From Bacteroidales bacterium (lineage in GTDB: Bacteria > Bacteroidota > Bacteroidia > Bacteroidales > WCHB1-69), in assembly GCA_017615595.1 (NCBI GenBank), contig JAFZZT010000002.1:9199-73198 (forward strand): a DNA stretch of 64,000 nucleotides, read 5' to 3'. Of this stretch, positions 35,917 through 45,022 are shown piece after piece; position 1 is the stretch's first letter, and each line of letters starts with the position of its first letter. Under the pieces are notes generated by a model. The model did not search any database. It was not told the origin of the DNA and saw only the letters and a list, made by a program, of their open reading frames with translations. A program made the position numbers and the translations under genes.

Positions 35917-36836
35917 TGGAAAAAAAACTATTAATACCTCTACCTAGCGCAAATCAATATTATGATTTGCTTTTGCAGAACGAAAAAACCAAAGGTACCA
36001 ACGAACAAAAAATGTTAGTACTTAGGCGAAGGTTTGATCGCATATTACGTGACATTTGGGGAGGGCGTTTCCCAGCTTCGCAAAGTTTCTATAAAGATAG
36101 CATGGAGGCCATTAAAAGTGAATTAGGGGTATCCGATACAGATTGGAAAGAATATGGAAGAATGATGCACGCTTTTAATTACTTGATGCATCGTGATGTT
36201 GAAATTACCAAAAAGAGATATTTGCTGAGTCTTCAAAGAATGGCAAAATTTGTTAGTTTATTGACAAAAGTTGAGATCCCATTGGAACTATGTAGTATTA
36301 TCGAGAAAAAGAAAGTAATTGCGACAAAAGGGAAGATTCCTGTATTTTGCTGCATTTCGAGTGCTTCTATTATTGAAAAAGAGAATCGAGACCAGTTTAA
36401 TAACGCTGCATTAAAGTTCCGCAACGAACTGCTTTCGGATAGCCGCATCAAAGACAGAATAAGATTTACCTTTTTGGTAACGACCAATGAAGGTTTTGTT
36501 GTGCGAGATATGTCTGATAGACCTGTAGGCAACCCTACCCCAACGAAAACACCAAGAGAGCACGCTTTATTATTTGCAGCGCAAGAATTGTCAAACCAAA
36601 ATGATGGGATGATGATACTCCTCTACGGAGGCAAGAAGTTGCAATTGTCAGATAATATTGTAAGTACAATAAAACAGCTGAATTCTTCCATTCAAGTATA
36701 TCCTATATCACTGGATCAAGAGAATTTGACATTTGAAGGCTTCCCATTTGAAGGTCAATTCTATCAGATGATACCAGGATGTTATGAAGAGTTTTTTTAC
36801 TGGTTATACGACACTCTTGTTTTACTATATCAATAA
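35916..36836 (+). CDS. Degenerate vWA-like protein (no intact MIDAS) with N-terminal helical region
   Basis: TAATG overlap with the upstream stop. IPVFCCISSASIIEKENRDQFNNAALKFRNEL...FTFLVTTNEGF...MMILLYGGKK follows the vWA strand/helix pattern, but DxSxS is replaced by ISSAS. Confidence 0.45.
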   Translation: MEKKLLIPLPSANQYYDLLLQNEKTKGTNEQKMLVLRRRFDRILRDIWGGRFPASQSFYKDSMEAIKSELGVSDTDWKEYGRMMHAFNYLMHRDVEITKKRYLLSLQRMAKFVSLLTKVEIPLELCSIIEKKKVIATKGKIPVFCCISSASIIEKENRDQFNNAALKFRNELLSDSRIKDRIRFTFLVTTNEGFVVRDMSDRPVGNPTPTKTPREHALLFAAQELSNQNDGMMILLYGGKKLQLSDNIVSTIKQLNSSIQVYPISLDQENLTFEGFPFEGQFYQMIPGCYEEFFYWLYDTLVLLYQ

Positions 36837-36841
36837 AAAAT

Positions 36842-37591
36842 ATGGGTAACTGGAAAATTATATCACATACAATGATTGGAACCTCACATCTTGAGCAAGG
36901 CAAAGGATGTGAAGATGTCATTAAAGTTATCACAACTGAAGACACTGCGGCCATAGCCTTGGCAGATGGAGCAGGTTCTTTCTCGAAAGCGTTTGAGGGC
37001 GCAACAATAGCAACTGAGAAATGTTCAAAATGGTTGCAGAAAAATTTTGACTGGGCATATAATGCAAATACATCAGACATTAAACATAAGTTAATAAATG
37101 TAATTAGAAGAAGTCTAAGAATTCAAGCCCAAAAGGAAAAGACGAAGTTTATGGAATATAGTTCGACACTCCTATTTGTAGCAGTAAACAATAATAGATA
37201 TATAGCAGGGCATGTAGGAGATGGAGTTATTGGCGTTATCACGACAGATGAGGAGAGCGTTGTCCTTTCCGAACCTGAGCGTGGTGAGTTTGCTAATAAC
37301 ACTTATTTTACAACTTCTTCTCAGATATCTAAACATTTTAGATTGCATCGAGGAACTATCACCCATATAAGTTCTTTTTTCTTAATGAGTGACGGCTCGG
37401 CTGATTGCTTATATAATCAAAAGGACAAAACATTCGCTCCTGCAGTTAATAAGTTTGCTATTTCTTTAGCAAAAGCTTCTTACGAAGAAATCGCACAAGT
37501 AAACAGTGCATTGACAAATGTCATGGAACGGTTTTTTAGTTCTAGGACTAACGATGATTGTAGTTTTATTATGTTACAATGGACTAAGTAG
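36842..37591 (+). CDS. PP2C-family phosphatase (PP2C_2 / YegK-like)
   Basis: GTSHLEQGKGCEDVIKV...AIALADGAGS...AGHVGDGVIGVI...FFLMSDGSADCL...NDDCSFIML. Confidence 0.75.
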   Translation: MGNWKIISHTMIGTSHLEQGKGCEDVIKVITTEDTAAIALADGAGSFSKAFEGATIATEKCSKWLQKNFDWAYNANTSDIKHKLINVIRRSLRIQAQKEKTKFMEYSSTLLFVAVNNNRYIAGHVGDGVIGVITTDEESVVLSEPERGEFANNTYFTTSSQISKHFRLHRGTITHISSFFLMSDGSADCLYNQKDKTFAPAVNKFAISLAKASYEEIAQVNSALTNVMERFFSSRTNDDCSFIMLQWTK

Positions 37592-37605
37592 TATAAAAAT
37601 ATATT

Positions 37606-39480
37606 ATGGATAAAAACCAATTTATAGGATATGCACACAAAGCATATGAAGATGTTTACAATAACTCTGAAGATTTTATTGTGAGAGAAGCCATTTCAAG
37701 GTATTCTGATAGTGAAGATGTGACTGATTATGTCGAGTCATATATGAAAATTTTCAAAGAAGGATGGGTTAATTATGTGGCTTTTAGAGGTGCTCTAAAA
37801 ACACACCTTGATGATAACGATAATTTGGCTTATTATGACCTGGACGAACTGCTCGCTGATGATTTCCAAATAGCTCAAATAACCAACGACAAAATAGGAA
37901 CTACATACAAATATCTTCGTCCGAAAAAAGGGCATGAGGGAGATGATATTCCGTCTGAACCAATTCAAGTGAAAACTTTCCCGGAACTAAGTGAACAGGA
38001 GAAAAAGAGAATTGTAAATGAAATTAGAAAATCGGCAAGTTCATTCGATGGTCATTGGATTTCCATGGTTGATTTAGGCGCATCTTTAAAGACAGCGCAA
38101 ATTGATTATAAGACTATGGGGTTTCCAAAACTACGAATTTTACTCGATCAATTATCTGATTATATTGAGTTACGCGTTGAATCTCCTGTAAAAATATATG
38201 TGCATGTCATTGGTGATGACGCAACTGTTTCATTAGGTGAAAAAACAGTTGTTAATTCTATCTCATCAGATGTTGAAAAATGGGTTGTTGATGCCATCAA
38301 ATTTCTTGTTAATGACGGGAAAACATATGGTGAAGGATGGGTAAACTCTGTTTTATTAGCACCCGTAATTAAAAATGCAGGAGTAGATTATAAAGCATTA
38401 GGATTCGAAAAATTCAAGCTTTTTCTTGAATCTTTTTCTTTTTTGCAACTGAACCAGATATCTCAAACGGAATTGCATATTAGGATTAATCCCAATCCTA
38501 AGATTGTATTTCCTCCTAAAGAAAATGTAAGTAAATCTGAAAATTTATCGCCCTATCAGAGGATTGTTAGATACGCTTATTTCCCTTCCAAAGATAAAGA
38601 GACAAACGGTTTTACATCAATGCTTCAAGAGTTAGAAGCAAAAGCAAAGAAAGAAACTTGGGAATATGGTAATCAGAAAATTCTACAAAACTATTTGTTA
38701 TACACATTCGAACGAATACAATATGAAGATTCCCGGATAAAAAGTGTGAAAGAAGAGCCTAAAAGGAAATTGCGTGAAGGCTCAGAGTATGCCGTTTTTA
38801 ATACGGGTTTAGTTAATAGTTTCTTTTCCCCTATTTATGGGCTATTTCGTCGCAATCCGCAAAAGGGAAAACAGAAATGGCTGTTTAGTGGTTTTCATGT
38901 TGAGAGCGAGAAAGCTATCAGCAACGCTAAAAAAGAAGAGAATTGGGATGATTTGCCAAAGGCGGCAAGGTTTTATGAGACACCTGATGATTTGATTTTT
39001 GATGTTGAGTCGAAAATTGACGCAATCAATTGGGAACATATTATTATTGATAATGTGGATAGGATTCCATTTAAATATATAGAAATGTATAAGCCGTTAG
39101 GTTTAGATTTGGAAAAAGAGCCCAATGAGCCTATGATTTATTATCAGAATCTTAGGTATGCTATTCGTAACGACCAATTTACATACAGAAAACTTGTAGA
39201 TTTGTTCCGCAACGCAATGGATAGAGCTGTACTTCATGCAACTTGGAATTTCCATTATGCATTGCCGATGTACTATCCACGATACAGAAAGGTTAGTATG
39301 TTATTGCCTTTAGTTTTGGAAGACAATCGAGATAGTATTGTGGAATTAGCATTGGTATTAGATCGTGATAATAAGCACAAATCGTATACCGCAACAACAA
39401 TTATGACCTTGGAACAAATATATTGCAATATCCGTTTAATTTCCCAACCGGATGAAGATACTTATTGGCTACACTCTTAG
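37606..39480 (+). CDS. Protein with two OST-HTH/LOTUS-like domains and a DUF3825-like C-terminal region
   Basis: FDGHWISMVDLGASLKTAQIDYKTMGFPKLRILLDQLSDYIEL and GEGWVNSVLLAPVIKNAGVDYKALGFEKFKLFLESFSFLQL fit the OST-HTH pattern (DGW..l..lG..l....d.k.yGf.Kl..ll). The DUF3825 assignment for the C-terminal ~300 aa is from memory of the Pfam OST-HTH association, not verified. Confidence 0.55.
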   Translation: MDKNQFIGYAHKAYEDVYNNSEDFIVREAISRYSDSEDVTDYVESYMKIFKEGWVNYVAFRGALKTHLDDNDNLAYYDLDELLADDFQIAQITNDKIGTTYKYLRPKKGHEGDDIPSEPIQVKTFPELSEQEKKRIVNEIRKSASSFDGHWISMVDLGASLKTAQIDYKTMGFPKLRILLDQLSDYIELRVESPVKIYVHVIGDDATVSLGEKTVVNSISSDVEKWVVDAIKFLVNDGKTYGEGWVNSVLLAPVIKNAGVDYKALGFEKFKLFLESFSFLQLNQISQTELHIRINPNPKIVFPPKENVSKSENLSPYQRIVRYAYFPSKDKETNGFTSMLQELEAKAKKETWEYGNQKILQNYLLYTFERIQYEDSRIKSVKEEPKRKLREGSEYAVFNTGLVNSFFSPIYGLFRRNPQKGKQKWLFSGFHVESEKAISNAKKEENWDDLPKAARFYETPDDLIFDVESKIDAINWEHIIIDNVDRIPFKYIEMYKPLGLDLEKEPNEPMIYYQNLRYAIRNDQFTYRKLVDLFRNAMDRAVLHATWNFHYALPMYYPRYRKVSMLLPLVLEDNRDSIVELALVLDRDNKHKSYTATTIMTLEQIYCNIRLISQPDEDTYWLHS

Positions 39481-39481
39481 C

Positions 39482-39808
39482 ACATGACATTTTTTTCAAG
39501 TGTCTGCAAGTATTTAGTTTGCAATAGTTAGGTAGTGTTTCATCCAGTGTGTCTGGGTTGGGTTTCGTGTCTGAGGATGCGGATAGGTTTGAACTTACAG
39601 TGCACGAGTTCGCCGATGTTGTAGCACCAGACGAAGGCCTCCATCACAAGCAACAGGAGTTCAGCAATCCTCTTCAAGTCAGTGAGATGATCAAGATATT
39701 GATGTTTTTTTACGAAGGTGCTCAACGTGTCGGAACATCTAATGTATAGCTTCTCATAAATTCTTCAGGCACATGCTGCAGTTGTTTCACATTGAAAGTA
39801 TTGTCGGC
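39482..39808 (-). mobile_element. Short deletion derivative of the same IS4-like element (right copy), MITE-like
   Basis: It has the same three blocks as the left copy. The residual ORF 39540-39725 reads ...HLTDLKRIAELLLLVMEAFVWCYNIGELVHCKFKPIRILRH (transposase C-terminus). Candidate terminal inverted repeats are acatgacatttttttcaagtg (39482) and cacattgaaagtattgtc (about 39789). Confidence 0.5.
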
Positions 39809-39951
39809 ACCTACCAAAATGCGGGAGCGATTTAGCTGTGGACAGCCCAAATGAGGGGGATTCAATTTTTTGACTTCCACAAGCAGCTGCTTTGATTTTC
39901 GAGAAAAAATTTTTCAATCAAATTAATGTTGGATAGTATTGAAAAAAAATG

Positions 39952-39959
39952 TATTTTTG
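39952..39959 (+). promoter_or_regulatory. Bacteroidetes -7 box TATTTTTG for the Rhs gene
   Basis: 57 nt upstream of the ATG at 40016. It lies inside the over-extended track ORF that starts at 39926. Confidence 0.5.
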
Positions 39960-40015
39960 CAGCACCATATTTTCAGTTCTTGTTCAAAGGACTTCGCAAG
40001 TTCTGGAAGTATCGC

Positions 40016-43000
40016 ATGAAAACAATATTAATAAGAAGTCCCCTATCATGTATGAAAAACAAATTACTATTACTCTTTTTATCAGTACTATTGCTTAGCA
40101 GCATAGTCGCATCGGGTCAGACATATCCATATGTATCCAACCCTCCCGAGGGCTCTTACACCACATGCGGATCCGGCACTCGAACAGACGTTGCCTTCAC
40201 CAGCGGCTGCACGTTTACGACCCCCACCGTGTCATACGACTGTTCCAACGTGAAGGTTGGCTATTGGGGCTATGACGAAGCCAACAACAGGCATGTGTTC
40301 AGGATCAAAAAATGCAGCGGCTACTTCAACAACAACAGCTCCGGCCGAATCGTCATACGGACCACCTTGGACGAGATGCAGTGCACCAACTACCACATCT
40401 ACAACTCCACCACTCCATACGTGGAGGCCTACTTCGACGGGCAATTCTACGGCACATGCACCTTCCTGGCCTACCTGACCACCACCAACTACCAGGCCTA
40501 TGCCGGCAGCGTGACCGTGACGCTCCAGCACGGTGCCCCATTGGCATATACATCCCCAGCCTACAACATCACGGAAAACTCGGCGACGCTGAGGGGGGCT
40601 GTAACCCCAAACGGCTTGACAACCCACTATTATTTCGAGTACGGGACAACAAGCAGCTATGGCAGCTCCACCTCCACCTCCTCGCTCTCTGCCTCATACT
40701 CTGTCAACAATGTGACAAAGTCGATTTACGGCTTGAATCCGGGAACAACGTATCACTACCGCCTGGTCGCCTACAATTCTGACGGCACTGATTACGGGCA
40801 AGACCGGACATTCACCACCGCGCAGAACACAGACGCGCCTGTCGCCACCACCCTGGACGCCACAAACGTCACCGAGAACAGCGCCACCCTGCAGGGCTAC
40901 ATAAATCCAAACGGACTTTCAACCGACTACACGTTTCAATACGGACCGACAACCGACTATGGCTCCACGTCATCTCTCGGGACAGTATCCGGCTCAAGCT
41001 CCACAACAGCCGTGTCGAAAAACGTCACAGGCCTGTCGCCCAACACGACCTACCATTTCCGGCTGATAGCGGGGAACAGTCTCGGTACTGACCACGGGGC
41101 AGACAGGACTTTCACAACCTCGTCCGTCAACTGCACATGGACCGACTGCACCTCCGGGTCCTGCGGAAGCACCCAATACCTGACCGCCAGCCAGAAAATG
41201 GAGGCCGCGCAGTACCTGTGCCAGCACAACATCATCGACAACGGCACAGGTTCCTTCCCGCTGCGGCCTGACGACTATATCACACGCGCAGAACTGGCCA
41301 AGATCGCCTTCTTCGGCCTCTACGACGGCGAGCCCAACCAGCCGAGCCTGCTGGTGTCCGACTACATACCCAGCCCGTACACCGACCTTCAGGACCCCGG
41401 CTCGTTCTACTACCGCGCCGCCAAAGCCCTTCTGTACCTGCAGTACCATGACGACGCCACAGGCACCACCCCATTCGACAGGGACAGGGCCTATTTCGAC
41501 CCTAACGGCACAATCACCCGCAGACTGATGCTCAAGGTCTTGATGGAGACATTCGACCTTGAGCCTTACAACGGATCCTCCACCTATTCTCCTTTCTCAG
41601 ACTTCAGCGCAAACGATAGTTTTTGGCGATATGCAAAGGCAGCCTACGATCTGGGCATCACCAACGCCTCCCAATTCCGCCCCTACGACGACTGCACCCG
41701 CGCGGAGGCCTTCGTCTTCCTCTACCGCATCCTGACAAGCCCGAACATAACCATCCCGACACCCGCCTCCGCCGACTTCTTCATCCCCAACAACCTCAGC
41801 CCGAAAGCCCTGGCTGCCATCGGCGGCATCGAATACGGGAATTTCAAGTACTACTCGAAGGACTGTTTCAAGAACCCCGGCTGGATGGACATGGACTTCG
41901 GATTCTGCTACAACTCCTACCTCACCGAGATGCCCGCGGACTTCTACCCCGTCACCCCCCTGGGGGACAAGGCCTGGTCCCACACATACAACATCTACAT
42001 GAACGTCATCTCCGACGCCTATTCCGGACACGACTTCCTGCTCTTCCACCTTGGCGAAGGGGAAATCCTGATGTATGAAAAGAACGGAGGCTCCATCTCC
42101 AGTCTCTCGGAAGGAAACTACAACACCTTGTCGTCAAGCGGGACCGGCACCTACACCCTCACCGCCACCGACCAGACCGTGTTCACCTTCGAGAAACTGG
42201 TCAGCTCCACCCCTGTCTATTACCTGACTTCCATCCAGAACAGGTTCGGGGACGGAATCGAGATCAACTACCAGCCGAGCTCGGCCACAGGCTACCGCCG
42301 AATCTCCTCGGTGACAAGCGGAACCGGCGACGGCGTGCGGACCCTCCTTTTCCTGTACTCTTCCGGATCCGACAACATCATCAGGGTCGTGGATCCCCAG
42401 AACAGGGAGATCCAGTTCAGCTACACGGACGGCAGCCTCCACCAGTTCACCGACGCCAAGAACCAGACAACCACATACATCTACGGCACCCTCGAAACCG
42501 AGACCGGCCTGCTGAAGTCCGTCCGGATGCCGAGCGGCGACACCATCCACAACGACTACAGCCAGCGCAAGCTCACAAGCACCCGCACCAACTCCAACAC
42601 CGCCACCTCCATCCTGCAAAGCGTCAGCAACTCCAACAACGTCACCACCTACAACTCGACCGTCACCGAGCCCGTATCCTCCAGCACAAACCAGAACATC
42701 GTCACACACTACACCATGAACGACGTCGGCAGGGTGACAAGAGTCTATGACGACTGCAACGTGGACATGACCTACAATTACACCAACTCCACCCACAAGG
42801 CGCTGCCGTCAAGCATCGTCAACAACAAAACCGGCGTCTCCTCCTCATACTCCTACACGGACAAAGGGCTTGTACACCAGCGCATCACCTCCTCCTCCGG
42901 AATGTCGCAGGTGGAGACATGGGACTACAACAACCTCAACGACCTCACCCAGTACACTGACGCCAACAGCCATTCCACCCACTACACATACACATCGTCG

Positions 43001-45022
43001 GGGGCGCTTCAAGAAATAAGGGATCCCCTCAACCACACCACCACCTTCGTCAACAACAGCCACGGACGGCCCACCTCCGCCCAGACACCGACCGGGACAA
43101 CCTACCTCTACGACTATACAAGCCGCGGCCTGCTCAGGCAGATCTCCGTGTCGGGAACCGGACTCTCGCAGTCTTACACCTACGACGTCCTGGGCAGGAC
43201 GACCAACGCCACCGACCACAACGGGAACACCACCCACTATGCCTATGACGACAACGACAACCTGACGCAGATAACCGATGCCCTCGGCCACACAACCTCG
43301 CTGGACTACGACGCAAACGACAACCTGACGCAGATAACAAACGCCAACGGGCACGTCACCTATCTCACCTACAACGAGGACGACCTGTGCACCTCGCAGA
43401 GCTTCTGCGGCCGCACCAAGCACTTCTCCTACAACCCGGACGGCTCCCTGCACTCCTACGTTTCCCCGAACGGCCAGACCTGCACATTCACCTACAACAA
43501 CTCGGGTGAAGTCACCGGAAACGGGTATGCCACATACAACTACACGAGCAACGGCCGCCTGGGCAGCGTCTCCAAGGACAACATGGCCGTCACCTACTCC
43601 TACGACCCGCTGGGCCGCGTGACAAGCGTGGCCTACGACGGCAAAACGGTCGGCTACACATACGACAACGCGGGCAACATCCTCACCATTGTCTATCCAG
43701 GGAACAAAACCGTCACATACACCTACGATGCCGCCAACCGGATGACTTCCGTCAAGGACTGGAACAACCACACCACCACCTACAGCTACCGGGACGACAA
43801 CCAGCTCGACTATGTGCAGTACCCCAACTATGTGCGCACCGCCTACAGCTACGACAACGCGGGACGCCGCACGGGCCAGACCACGAATCGCAACAGCGGC
43901 AGCGGCACCACCATCGCGCAATACTCATACAACCTGGACGACAACGGCAACCACGAATACGAGAGTGTCATAGAGCCCTACACCTCCATACCCAACATGA
44001 CCAGCCAGAACCTCACCTACCATTACGGGACTGACAACCGGCTCCAATATGTTGGGAATACCACATTTTCTTATGACAACAACGGGAACACCGTCTCCAA
44101 GACAGGACGGACCCTCGGCTACGACATCTGCGACAACCTGACCTCCGTGAGCGGCGACTTCAACGCCTCCTACTCCTACGACGGCCTGGGCAACCGCCGC
44201 TCCGCAACCCGCAACGGCGTGACAACGAAATACATCCTGGACATCCTGCGGGAGAACGCCAACGTCTTGATGGAGACCAACAATAGCGGCACCCCGCTGA
44301 ACTACTACATCTACGGAGCGGACGGCTTGGTGTCGCGTATTGGGGCGGACGGGACCACTACGCATTACTATGTCTCCGACCACCGCGGCAGCATTGTGGC
44401 GATGGTCAACTCCTCCTCTTCCGCCACTGTCACCCACCGGTACCAGTACGACGACTTCGGCAACGTGCTGCAATCGGAGGAGGCAGACAGCAACCCCTTC
44501 CGGTATGTGGGCAAATACGGTCTGATGTACGAAACCGAGGACCTCTACTTTGTCAGGGCACGCTACTACGACCCGAGCATAGGCCGCTTCCTCAGCGAGG
44601 ACCCTGTCTGGGCAACAAACCTCTATCCGTATGCGGAAAACAATCCCATAACTAACATTGACATAAACGGTAAAATCATAATGCGTAGTTCCTATGATTT
44701 TAATTCCACAACAAATTGGAAACCTACAGTTCAAAAAAATCTAGAAAAATCAGGCAAGGATATGGACATTATTGGCAACGAAATAGTAAAACACACCACC
44801 AGAGGAGCTATAGTTGGAGCTATAATTGGTGGCGGATTAGGTGCCTTGACCACATGTCCTATTGTAATTGTTGCAGGTGCCTATGTGGGAGTTGCTGTCG
44901 GAGGAACAGTGGGATTCATCTACGGCACACTTAAAGGAGCAAACAAAGCAGTTGTCGGAGACAATAACAACAAAAAGATAAAAAATAAAAACAAATATAA
45001 TAATAGCAAATATTATTTATAA
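40016..45022 (+). CDS. Rhs/YD-repeat polymorphic toxin-like protein: signal peptide, two FN3-like modules, three SLH-like repeats, YD-repeat shell, Rhs core, AT-rich variable C-terminal tip
   Basis: MKTILIRS...MKNKLLLLFLSVLLLSSIVASGQ. Two copies of ITENSATL.G..NPNGL.T.Y.F.YG.T..YGS. Many YD repeats (Y.YD..GN). Core end YFVRARYYDPSIGRFLSEDPVWATNLYPYAENNPITNIDINGK, followed by a 114-aa Gly-zipper-rich tail. Confidence 0.85.
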   Translation: MKTILIRSPLSCMKNKLLLLFLSVLLLSSIVASGQTYPYVSNPPEGSYTTCGSGTRTDVAFTSGCTFTTPTVSYDCSNVKVGYWGYDEANNRHVFRIKKCSGYFNNNSSGRIVIRTTLDEMQCTNYHIYNSTTPYVEAYFDGQFYGTCTFLAYLTTTNYQAYAGSVTVTLQHGAPLAYTSPAYNITENSATLRGAVTPNGLTTHYYFEYGTTSSYGSSTSTSSLSASYSVNNVTKSIYGLNPGTTYHYRLVAYNSDGTDYGQDRTFTTAQNTDAPVATTLDATNVTENSATLQGYINPNGLSTDYTFQYGPTTDYGSTSSLGTVSGSSSTTAVSKNVTGLSPNTTYHFRLIAGNSLGTDHGADRTFTTSSVNCTWTDCTSGSCGSTQYLTASQKMEAAQYLCQHNIIDNGTGSFPLRPDDYITRAELAKIAFFGLYDGEPNQPSLLVSDYIPSPYTDLQDPGSFYYRAAKALLYLQYHDDATGTTPFDRDRAYFDPNGTITRRLMLKVLMETFDLEPYNGSSTYSPFSDFSANDSFWRYAKAAYDLGITNASQFRPYDDCTRAEAFVFLYRILTSPNITIPTPASADFFIPNNLSPKALAAIGGIEYGNFKYYSKDCFKNPGWMDMDFGFCYNSYLTEMPADFYPVTPLGDKAWSHTYNIYMNVISDAYSGHDFLLFHLGEGEILMYEKNGGSISSLSEGNYNTLSSSGTGTYTLTATDQTVFTFEKLVSSTPVYYLTSIQNRFGDGIEINYQPSSATGYRRISSVTSGTGDGVRTLLFLYSSGSDNIIRVVDPQNREIQFSYTDGSLHQFTDAKNQTTTYIYGTLETETGLLKSVRMPSGDTIHNDYSQRKLTSTRTNSNTATSILQSVSNSNNVTTYNSTVTEPVSSSTNQNIVTHYTMNDVGRVTRVYDDCNVDMTYNYTNSTHKALPSSIVNNKTGVSSSYSYTDKGLVHQRITSSSGMSQVETWDYNNLNDLTQYTDANSHSTHYTYTSSGALQEIRDPLNHTTTFVNNSHGRPTSAQTPTGTTYLYDYTSRGLLRQISVSGTGLSQSYTYDVLGRTTNATDHNGNTTHYAYDDNDNLTQITDALGHTTSLDYDANDNLTQITNANGHVTYLTYNEDDLCTSQSFCGRTKHFSYNPDGSLHSYVSPNGQTCTFTYNNSGEVTGNGYATYNYTSNGRLGSVSKDNMAVTYSYDPLGRVTSVAYDGKTVGYTYDNAGNILTIVYPGNKTVTYTYDAANRMTSVKDWNNHTTTYSYRDDNQLDYVQYPNYVRTAYSYDNAGRRTGQTTNRNSGSGTTIAQYSYNLDDNGNHEYESVIEPYTSIPNMTSQNLTYHYGTDNRLQYVGNTTFSYDNNGNTVSKTGRTLGYDICDNLTSVSGDFNASYSYDGLGNRRSATRNGVTTKYILDILRENANVLMETNNSGTPLNYYIYGADGLVSRIGADGTTTHYYVSDHRGSIVAMVNSSSSATVTHRYQYDDFGNVLQSEEADSNPFRYVGKYGLMYETEDLYFVRARYYDPSIGRFLSEDPVWATNLYPYAENNPITNIDINGKIIMRSSYDFNSTTNWKPTVQKNLEKSGKDMDIIGNEIVKHTTRGAIVGAIIGGGLGALTTCPIVIVAGAYVGVAVGGTVGFIYGTLKGANKAVVGDNNNKKIKNKNKYNNSKYYL

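Noticed and set aside
39549-39749. 66-aa plus-strand ORF in the right IS remnant
   Set aside because: It is antisense to the recognisable transposase C-terminal fragment and has no motifs, so it is a chance ORF in a pseudogenised element.
42300-44300. Repetitive DNA within the Rhs gene
   Set aside because: This is the coding periodicity of YD repeats, and the ORF is intact across it.
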